This document shows positions 1-11,300 of a stretch of DNA of 34,077 nt, piece after piece. The notes below the pieces were generated by a model. That model saw only the letters and a list, made by a program, of their open reading frames with translations, searched no databases and had not been told where the DNA came from. Location: the NCBI RefSeq assembly GCF_001194135.2, contig NC_068991.1, positions 18,511,229 to 18,545,305 on the forward strand. The letters run 5' to 3'. Positions within the stretch are counted from its first letter, which is position 1. Each line of letters opens with the position of its first letter. The translations under genes were made by a program, and so were the position numbers. The DNA comes from Octopus bimaculoides (Eukaryota).

Positions 1-48
<48 letters not shown>

Positions 49-62
49 GTAATATATATATA
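1..62. repeat. (TA)n microsatellite
   Basis: Direct reading. Confidence 0.95.
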
Positions 63-573
63 TGTACGTTACTTTAGACTGCTAGCTCTGTTCGCTTGCA
101 AGATTTTGAAAGCGTTAACATGGTTACCAAACAAATTCCCTGCTTAGCAACAACGAACGGTTACATCGTCTGTCATTTAACACGTTTTTTGTTTTCATTT
201 ACCGAAGTAATTTGAAATTGGTATTTTTACATATAAATTTGATGGAGATTTTCATATTAAAATAAAAGAAACAAATTTTTCTAACTTTTAAAATTAATTT
301 TACATTTATATAAAATATTAAAAAAAAATAAATTAGAAGCCGGATTCAAAGCGCACGAAGTAACCGTCAGTGCTTGGTTGTTATTAGAAATAAGTACCAT
401 TGTTTAATTAGTTTTATTTTTGTTTTCTTTCTCTGTATCATTAAGTTTGTCGTTCATTTTTGTTATTGATTTTATTATTACTGTAGTTGTTACTGTCGAC
501 GTGAAAGAATTTTTATTACTGTTAGTAAAACAAAAAACAAAACTTTTCACTATAATATTTTTGCGACTTTACC
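60..573 (+). promoter_or_regulatory. Putative promoter/5'UTR region of the gene, with RFX X-box-like sites
   Basis: Non-repeat sequence with several CpGs immediately upstream of the ATG; GTTAACATGGTTAC (114-127) and CTTAGCAAC (143-151). TSS is not determinable from sequence. Confidence 0.35.
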
Positions 574-622
574 ATGAAAGTAGCCGTATTAGGATGTGGA
601 ATTTTAGGAGTGAAAATTGCAG
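574..622 (+). CDS. Coding exon 1 ([17 protein letters not shown])
   Basis: ACC-ATG-A start, Rossmann beta-A GCGILG, donor GCAG|gtattt; phase 1 joins exon 2 to complete Gly17. Confidence 0.9.
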
Positions 623-2905
623 GTATTTCATTCAATTGTCCTACTTGTTTATATTTTAGTTGATATTATTGCTTTGCTTCGGACATTACGCGAAAGCAGG
701 CCTATGATGAAATGTGTTCCATATCCGTTTTTATTTTTTCCTCCGAGCTATTTATGTATATTTAAGACTACATTATTCAATGTGACCCAGTTATTGTTGT
801 TTATTGTCACTGTAGTTGTTGGTGCTGTTGCTGCAATTGTTGTTCATGTAATAAATTATACTGACACAAAACCAAGTTATCTATCTATCTATCTATCTAT
901 CTATCTTACTAGCTGTCTGTCTGTCTATCTCTCTATCAACTACCTGTTAGTCTAACTGTCTATCAATCTATCAGTCTGTCTGTCTATCTATTAGTCTATC
1001 TATTAGTCTGTCTAACTGCCTGTCTATCAGTCTGTCTAACTGTCTGTCTGTCTGTCTGTCCGCCCGTTCATCGTTCTGTGGAAGGGAAATGGGATTCTGT
1101 GGCGTTTATGTCTTTAACAAATCATCAGTGGTGTAAATTACACTGAAATGAGCTGAAGATTGCTGCTTCAACCTAGAATTGAAACTGCATCGTGATCTTT
1201 GCTTAACGACATTAAAAGTAAAAGAAAAAGAAAACAAAAAAGTAACAAAAATGAACAAGAATATTTAAAAAAAACACTTTTTACATGTTTTGGTTATTGT
1301 TGCTGTTATTGTTGATGGCGATGTTCATGTGGATTATGTCATTGTTGAGAATGTTGATATAGAAATTATAGTTAAGATGATGATGGTAGTAGTGGCGGAG
1401 GTAAAGAATACGCACACTGCCCGTTTTCGGCGTAACCCTAACCCTAAGCCATAACCCATAACCCTAACTCTAAGCCCTAACCCTAAGCCCTAACCCTAAA
1501 CCCTAACCCCAACCCTAAACACCTGGTGTGCGTTTTCTTTACCTTCGCCTGTAGTAGTGGTGATGATGATGGTGGTGGTAGTGATGATGGTGGTAGTAGT
1601 GATGACGATGGTGGTGGTAGGGATGAGGATGATGATGATGATAGTGGTGGAGGTGATGATGATGAGGGTAGTGGTGGTGATGATGATGATGGAGGGGATG
1701 ATGATGATGACAGTAATGGTGATGCTTAGTAAATTCTATTCAATCCATGCAAGTATGGAAAAGAGGACATTAAGTAATACCTTGCTGTACTCAAGAAGAT
1801 CCCCTACTTCACAGCAGAAGTGTTAAGGTCGCTCCTTCTGCAAGAGTCCTATGCTGGTGCCATGAAAAAGCACTTGTGCTGGTGCCACCTAAAAGCACCC
1901 AGTACACTCTGTAAAGTAGTTAGTGTCAAGAAGAGCGTCCAGCCATAGACACCGTGCCAAATCAGACTGAAGCCTGGTACAGCTCTCCTGCTTGCCAGCT
2001 CTGGTGAAACCGTCCAACCCATGCCAGCATGGAAAACAAACGTTAAATGATGATGATGCTGATGATGGGAGTGGTGATGGCTGTGGCATCCTGATGATGG
2101 TAGGAGGGCCCTTATTTCTTTATTGCCCACAAGGGGCTAAACATAGAGGGTACAAACAAGGACAGACAAAGGGATTAAGTCAATTACATCGATCCCCAGT
2201 GCGTAACTGTTACTTATTTAATTGACCCCGAAAGGATGAAAGGCAAAGTCGACCTCGGCAGAATTTGAACTCAGAATGTAGCCGCAGACGAAATACCGCT
2301 AAGTATTTCGTCAGGTGTGCTAACGATTCTGCCATTTCGCCGCCTTAATGGTAGGAGGTAAGAGGTAGGTGGGCCCTTGTGATGAGCCTACTGGCCATGA
2401 TGATGATGCCTATAGTGGTGGAGATAAAGTAATAATGAGAGTAATTAATGGATCATTGGGATGATGATAATGATAATGATGGTGGCGAAGAAGACATTGA
2501 TGATTATCATGATGATGGTGATGACTCCAGGGCGGGCGGAGAATGATGACTGTAGTGACGGTAGTATTGATGACGATGATGATGACGATGATGATGACGA
2601 TGATGTCCCTAGTAAAGGTCGTAATGATGATAATGGTGATGTTGGTAATGACTCTTGTGATGATGATGATGATGATGATGTTGGTGACACAGTTTCTGAA
2701 GTGTTGCTGTTTGTTGTTTACGCTGTGTCTTCCTGTGATATTGGTGTCATTGTTGGTGATGGAGATATTGGTAGAGATGGTGGCGGCGGCGGCGGTGGTG
2801 GTGGTGGCTGGTAGCTGAGGCTGTAGTTATGTTGGTGTTGCTATTCTGTTGCTATGTGATACAGTAGTGTGAGGAGGGATGGACGTGAGCAAACAGAGAA
2901 TCTTG

Positions 2906-2975
<70 letters not shown>

Positions 2976-3563
2976 TTCTCTGTCTTAGCCTCACTTCGAC
3001 CTTGACTCTCTTTTCATCTCTTTCCCTTACGCTCCCACTTTCCATCTTGTACACACTTACAGAAAGACTGATTATGTTACCTGGATACACTCATCGGTTC
3101 CTCACACCTGTATGTATGTATGCATGCATCTGCGTTTTTGTGTATGTGTGTGTGGGTGTGTGTGTGTGCATGTGCCTGCATCGTTGGATGGATATATATA
3201 NNNNNNNNNNNNNNNNNNNNNNNNNNNNNNNNNNNNNNNNNNNNNNNNNNNNNNNNNNNNNNNNNNNNNNNNNNNNNNNNNNNNNNNNNNNNNNNNNNNN
3301 NNNNNNNNNNNNNNNNNNNNNNNNNNNNNNNNNNNNNNNNNNNNNNNNNNNNNNNNNNNNNNNNNNNNNNNNNNNNNNNNNNNNNNNNNNNNNNNNNNNN
3401 NNTTCTATCTATATATATATAATATTAGGGATAAAAATTCAAAATTACAGGTAAAAACTCAATTAAAATCAATTTTTAGAAATTAAAATGAAATCAATTT
3501 TTATATGTGTGACAGTGGATTTTCACCGATGAGTTCATGAACCTTGGTTCTTTTCCCTAAAAC

Positions 3564-3597
<34 letters not shown>

Positions 3598-3821
3598 GGG
3601 GGGGTATGTGTGTATATATGTACATACATATATATATACTCACACATAAAAGCATACACACACACACACACACAAACTCACACATGCACACATATACATA
3701 TACACAAAAACACAGATGCCATTACATGGATGCACCCACAAACACACATACACATAGAGACAGATATTTCATTGCTCAGATCCACATATACATGCACAAA
3801 CAGATCCATCTTTTTCACAAA

Positions 3822-3917
<96 letters not shown>

Positions 3918-6900
3918 TGTTTTCCTTTGTCTTACACACTCATATCTGGATCTAGAAACATTCTACTTTGGATGGTAGACTTCATCTTTTATCTGGTTTC
4001 ACACCCTCACCCGGGCTTTGGATGTCTTCAGTGACATCAATTTTGTTACATTTTGTTGCAAACATACAGACCAGATCACTGGAATAAGGGTAACTTCCTC
4101 CCTCCTTCCTCTCCCTCCTTCTTCTCCCTCCTTCCTCTCCCCCTTCCCCATTTACAGAGTCCCCTGTAAGAACTGAGGGTCATAGGTAATATATATATGG
4201 TATATTATGTATGGCAAGTGTGTTCTTTTCTTCTTAGAGTAGACTTGTTATTGAGGGCATTCCAACTGTGACCATCTTGTCTTTGTGAGTGGATTTGGTA
4301 GACGGAAACTGAAAGAAGCCCGTCATATATATGTATATGTTTGTCCCCCCAACATCGCTTGACAACCGATGCTGGTGTGTTTATGTCCCCGTAACTTAGT
4401 GGTTCGGCAAAAAGAGACCGATAGAATAAGTACTAGGCTTGCAAAGAATAAGTCCTGGGGGTCGATTTTCTCGACTAAAGGCGGTGCTCCAGCATGGCTG
4501 CAATCAAATAACTAAAACAAGTAAAAGTAAAAGAAAAGAGAGAGATATAATGTCCCTAGTACTCAATGCACTTCATTTACTAAGACAGTAAGTTGTGATT
4601 TTGTGTGTTAGGGTTAGGGTTAGGGCTAGTGGCTGCTAATTCTGGCAGGCTAAGCTATGTACATATTCATATGCACGTATGCCTGTGTGTGTGTGTGTGT
4701 GTGTGTGCGTGTGCGTGTGTGTGTGTGCATGCATATGTAGTATGTGTGTATATGCCATTGCTTTTCTTAAGAGTCTGTATCGCCTGGCAAATATGGGTCA
4801 ACAGATTAATTAAGGGCCAGGTACTAAGACCTAGTTTACCCTCTCTTTGTTCTTACCTTTCTCCTTTACCAGATCAAGGATTAGTTCCTTCTCCCACCCA
4901 CTGCACACACATACACAACTCAAATGTTTTATTTTGCCACACCATGTCCCTTTCTACCCCAACCCACCCCATCCCTCTGTTGTCTGATACATGAAGGAAC
5001 AGATTATATTGTTTTATATTTTTATAGTATATATTTTTAATGGTGAACAACACACACACACATATGAGGTGAGCTGGCAGAATCCTTAGTGTGCCAGAAA
5101 AATTGCTTGGCAGTATTTCTTCCAAGCTTACATTTTGAGTGCCACTGGGGTCAACTTAGTGTTTCATCCCTTTGGGGGTCGATAAAATAAGCACCAGTTG
5201 AACACCGGGGTCAATGTAATCGACTTATCCCCTCTCCCCCAAAATTATTGGCCTTTTGCCAAAATTTAAAACCAATATATATATATCAAATGGATGTCTT
5301 ATAAAACTATTCCACACATACAATAACAGCCATACCAACAATCCAACACACCTCCATCATCAGCTGCCACACGAATATCACTATGGTTTCGACACCTGGG
5401 CAGTACCATTCAACCTGGTGGTGTCAACAACACTAAAAGAAGTGTTTTTTGGGAACAAACATACCTTAGATATCACCACATTCATTTAATCTTAATTCTA
5501 GGAAGATTTAAACCCTAACATTATTAATTAAACTACAACAAAGAAACCACATTTATTCTATGTACAAAAACAGTATCAGTAAATTAATAATTCTATAAGT
5601 AATCCTATAACTAACTCCTAAATTATCTAACTTAATATGTATATTTAAAAGAAGGGGGCAGTCAGAATTTTGGATAATTCTCTATCAGCGCTTTTGTTCA
5701 TTTAACCAAGATAATATCACAGAAAGTTTCTTCGTCTTTTATATGAATCAAAGAAAGATTTAGTTTTTTGGAGAATGGGAGAAAGAGAGGAAGATAGGGA
5801 ACAGAACAAGTGAGAAAGAGGAACTTTCTTCAAACAACAAAATTTCTGTTCAGTTCATATAAAAGAAGAAACTTTTCTGTTTTATTATCTTGGTTTTATC
5901 TTGAAGAGTTCAGTTAAATGAATGAAAGTGCTAATAAAGAATTATCCAAAAATTCTGACTGCCTCCTTTTTCTTAATATACAATATCTGTACATCACTTC
6001 AAACAATCTATACATATATATACATATATATATATATATATGTATATATGCTAGAAATAAGAGCTAGAGTGCTCTGATGCTGCAGTCAATGTACATAATT
6101 GTATACATACATACTGACAGTGACTGTAAATGGTAAAACTGGCAGTCATGATATCCCTGTACTGCCGATGGTAGAGTTGGTTACAGCTTGCCAGATTCCA
6201 GACAAGATCGCCACCAGTATATATATATCTACTCCATAGAAATCTATGGATGATTTAGCGAATCACTAACGTGAATACAAATAATTAAATTAGGCAGTGG
6301 TTTAGCAATGTATCTTAATGACAATTATAGTTTTCCTTGTTGGTGATACATTGCTAAGCCACCGCCTAATTTAATAGGACACATAGAGAGAAGTAGATTT
6401 GGCAATCTGAAAGTTGAGTTTTTCCTTGTAGTAAATTATATTTTTTGATTAATATTTATTGAAAACCTTTTCTTTGAGATGTAGATTTTGAAAATCATGT
6501 CAGTTTTTCTCAAGAACACACCACTTTTGAGCCTTTTAGTGATATGTTGGCACTCTGTCACTTACGACGACGAGGGTTCCAGTTGATCCGATCAACGGAA
6601 CAGCCTGCTCATGAAATTAATGTGCAAGTGGCTGAGCACTCAACAGACACGTGTACCCTTAACGTAGTTCTCGGGGATATTCAGCGTGACAAGGCTGGCC
6701 CTTTGAATTACAGGCACAACAAAAACGGGAAGTAAGAGTGAGAGAAAGTTGTGGCGAAAGAGTAGAGCAGGGTTTGCCACCATCCCCTACCGGAGCCTCA
6801 TGGATCTTTAGGTGTTTTCGCTCAATAAACACTCACAACGCCCGGTCTGGGAATCGAAACCGTGATCCTATGACCGCGAGTCCGCTGCCCAAACCACTGG

Positions 6901-7421
6901 GCCATTGCGCCTCCACCTTTTAGTGATATACACACATGTATACACACATACACACACACTCTCTCTCTCCCTCTCTCTCTCTCTCCCTCTTTCTCTCTCC
7001 CTCTGTCACACACATATACACACACAGTTGTTTGGCGCTAAATATCTGCCACATCAGTGTGTCAATGTCAACAGTTTATGAAGACCTTTCAAGGTCATGA
7101 ACACGGCTCTCTTCTGCAGCAAGAAACTTGTTCATTTACAAAAAAGGTTGGTCTTTAACAAATGCATACTTGATTTAATATTCTTTCGTACTTTTTTTCT
7201 TCTTCCAGCCAGTGGGCTGTATGTAGCAAGGCTTAGCGCTCTACCCTTCAAGCTTTCAATAGTTGCTAGCTGTTTACTATCCTAATCATTAATTATGCCT
7301 TCAATAATTATTCAACTACATTATTAATTATGTTTACCAGTATTAGAAAAAAAAAAAAAAACATCTACTCCCACATCATTGGTGAATGGTGGTGGTTGTG
7401 GTAGCAGTAGTAGTAGTAGTG

Positions 7422-7452
<31 letters not shown>

Positions 7453-7825
7453 CAGCAACTGCACCAACAGTAACAACAGCAACAACAGTAGCAACAGTGC
7501 CAGTGCAGCAGCAGTAGAGGCAGCAGCAGCAGTTGTAATAGCAATAGTAGTGGTGGTGGTGGTGGTGGTAGTTGTTAAGTGCTCAGTTAGATCTGACTGA
7601 GTAGACTTATAAACAAGGGCATTTCAGCCATGATCATTCTGCCCTTTTTACATGTATGTGGGACTACAATAGCTCATCTGTCCTGTTATTTAAGACTGTA
7701 AGGTGTGATTTGAAGGCGATTTGACTGCTGTTCCTAGCAAATTGTGCTACAGTATACTGTATATTTTGATAAATTGAATTTAATTGAGATTTTACCTGTA
7801 AATTTAGATTTTTATCCTTAATATT

Positions 7826-7865
<40 letters not shown>

Positions 7866-8263
7866 TTGTTTAAAAGAGTTCCCACACTGTCTGTTTTTTA
7901 TGTTTTATTTATATTCCTGCAGAACCAATGTGGGGTATAGAATATGGAATATACAATATATAATATAATATACAATATATAATATAAAATAAAATAAAAT
8001 AAAAATGGATGGCACCATGAAAGAAAGTATTGAATGTAGATGAAATATTGAGTGTTCNNNNNNNNNNNNNNNNNNNNNNNNNNNNNNNNNNNNNNNNNNN
8101 NNNNNNNNNNNNNNNNNNNNNNNNNNNNNNNNNNNNNNNNNNNNNNNNNNNNNNNNNNNNNNNNNNNNNNNNNNNNNNNNNNNNNNNNNNNNNNNNNNNN
8201 NNNNNNNNNNNNNNNNNNNNNNNNNNNNNNNNNNNNNNNNNNNNNNNNNNNNNNNNNNNNNNN

Positions 8264-8307
<44 letters not shown>

Positions 8308-11300
8308 CGTGAGTGATCTAAGAGTCCATAAATAAAGGGAGAAGATGCACTCATATATCTGTCAATAGAGTGGGTATATTAGTCTGGTCAGTAGAGTGGG
8401 TATATAGGTCTGGTACTTAATACATTGTACCTGTATTAAGTTAGTGTATGGAGCATATACTGGTTTCAGATTTTAGCACAAGGCCAGCAAGTTGTGGGGG
8501 AGGGGTAAGTCAGTTATATCACCACCCCCAGTACTCAACTGGTACTTGTGTTATTGACTGCGAAATGATGAAAGGCAAAGTCGATCTTGGTGGAATTTGA
8601 ATTTAGAATGTAAAGACAAGACAAAATTTCGCTAAGCATTTTGTCCTGCTTTTTAATGATTCTGCCAGCTCACCACCTTGTACAAAACATATATCAAAAA
8701 ATAGTTTCTTCTGTAAATTTATAGTAGATGGTTTTGAATTATAGAATCAGACAGAGATGGTCTTGGACGGGTTGGCATAGAAAGGGTTAAACCTAACAAA
8801 TACCAACGGAAATTATTTATATGATATAAAACATGAAAATCAAGTATTATCATGTATTTACTATCACCCCTAATCTATCAATATTTTAAAACAGGTGTTA
8901 TAAAGTGAGGAGAAAAATCTTTAATCTGTAAAGTTGTTTATTCATCACAACTGCAAATAACTGGTCAACGAAAGGTCAACACATTAAAAAAAAAAACATC
9001 TGTCAGCTTCTTTTGTTAACAAAATTAATTTTTAACTGCCCACATCCACCACCCTTAGAAAAAAAATGAAACAATAATCAATTCAAACAAAGACATAAGA
9101 TGGGTGAGTCCTAGGTATGTATGTATGTATGTCATTATTCAGTTTCATTTCAAGATTTCTTGCCAATAGAGAAAGAGCTGGTTTCTAACCTAGACCCAAG
9201 GTTCCTTCATTGGAATTTCAACATCAACAACAGGGTATTTTTGTTTGTGTGTATGTATGTATGTATGTATGTATGTCATTGTTCAGTTTTATTTCAAGAT
9301 TTCTTGCCAATAGAGAAAGAGCTGGTTTCTAACCTAGACCCAAGGTTCCTTCATTGGAATTTCAACATCAACAACAGGGTATTTTTGNNNNNNNNNNNNN
9401 NNNNNNNNNNNNNNNNNNNNNNNNNNNNNNNNNNNNNNNNNNNNNNNNNNNNNNNNNNGGTATGTATGTATGTATGTCATTATTCAGTTTCATTTCAAGA
9501 TTTCTTGCCAATAGAGAAAGAGCTGGTTTCTAACCTAGACCCAAGGTTCCTTCATTGGAATTTCAACATCAACAACAGGGTATTTTTGTTTGTGTGTATG
9601 TATGTATGTATGTATGTCATTGTTCAGTTTTATTTCAAGATTTCTTGCCAATAGAGAAAGAGCCGGTTTCTAACCTAGATCCAAGGCTCCTTCATTGGAA
9701 TTCCAACATCAACTACGGTATTTTTGTATGTATGTATGTATGTCTATGTGCAGATTTGTTTGTTTTGTTTTATATATGCCTTCTCATGCATATACTTGCA
9801 TATCTAGACATGCTCATGTATAATTAAATGATAAACTTCTGGAGAGTTTTACAGATTTTTACAGTTCCAGTAATGGATTGGATCTGTAGTCTTCGGATCA
9901 GCTTTCTCCTTTCTGGCTTTGAGAAGCTTAATTTTTCAAGATTGATATTTAGGCAGTGTGTTACATATCCCAGGACCCCACGAAAAAATTGTCTGAGATG
10001 AAAAAAAGGTTAGGAACTGTTGATCTAAAAGATCATAAGCACTTCCCTTCCCTGTTGACTTAACAAACAAAAGAAAAAAATTATATCATCCAAAATATCC
10101 TTCCATTTTATGAAGACGATAGGGTGTGATTTGAGGATAAATTGGGTGTGATTTCTTGTCAATTCTTTCTTAACTTCTCATTTCCTTTTTTTTTTTCACA
10201 TGCATTTCTTTTTTATAGGATGGTTATTTTGCCAATCTGAGCCCTAGTGTTGCAGTAATTATTTTTACAACTAAGATAAACTATATACTTACTAATTATT
10301 CAACTATGAAATAGTGGATGTTCGGTCCAGCTTGAATTAAGAATAAATTAATTATACAGTTGGACAGTTATGTAGGTGAAAGATTTATTTATGATACATC
10401 TAATGATTAGAACATTAAATAAACTAATGAATATCAAATGCCAAATTGGATTGGTGGGGGTGGGTTGCCTAATATGGTCATAGTGCAGTGACAGGAATAA
10501 ATAAATTTATATTTATATTTGTTGAAAACTTGTTTTTGATTTGATTTATGAGTTAGAGAGAGAAGAACCATGTCTATAACTTTTGTGGGCCATCCTAGAT
10601 TGGTGAGGTTGATGTGTTTTCTTAATTACTCAACCCTTTAGCATTTAATCTGGCCATATCTAGCCCAGATATTCTACCTGTCTTATGTTCAAACTGGCCA
10701 TATCTGGCCTCTCACACCTACCTTATAATATAATTCTATAAATAAAGACATTCGAGCGAGATCGTTGCCAGTGCCGATGGACTGGCTCCTGTGCAGGTGG
10801 CACGTAAAATACACCATTTCAAGCGTGGCCGTTGCCAGTAAGACATTCGAGCAAGATTGTTACCAGTGCCGATGGACTGGCTCCTATGCAGGTGGCACAT
10901 AAAATACACCATTTCGAGCGTGGCCGTTGCCAGTACCGCCTGACTGGCCTTCGTGCCGGTGGCACGTAAAAGCACCCACTGCATTCTCAGAGTGGTTGGT
11001 GTTAGGCAGGGCATCCAGCTGTAGAAATTCTGCCAGATCAGATTGGAGCCTGGTGTCGCCTCCTGGTCCACCAGTCCTCAGTCAAATCGTCCAACCCATG
11101 CTAGCATGGAAAGCGGACATTAAACGACAATGGTGATGATGATGATGAAACAATCACATCATTAAAATCCCAAAATTAGAGATAATGCCTCATAGTCAGT
11201 GAGGCACACAAGCGATGACACTACCACAAGGACTGGACCTGTGGTGGCTAATTTAGGTTGCATGTAAATGAGGTTTTCATGTGTGCATAAGCATATGTGT

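Noticed and set aside
4608-4625. (TTAGGG)3 as a telomere or second telomeric MITE
   Set aside because: Only three units and no flanking TIRs; chance or trivial interstitial repeat
5330-5510. [19 protein letters not shown] resembling a Penelope GIY-YIG C-terminus (W..L.T..P.GLN)
   Set aside because: Match too short and degenerate to call without a search
10219-10254. Strong acceptor ttttatag| with a possible GCA|gtaatt donor
   Set aside because: In-frame TAG in the required phase and a weak donor; indistinguishable from a pseudo-exon
10430-10483. [17 protein letters not shown] as an alternative Rossmann first exon
   Set aside because: Lacks the third Gly, has no suitable donor and hits a stop; 574-622 fits perfectly
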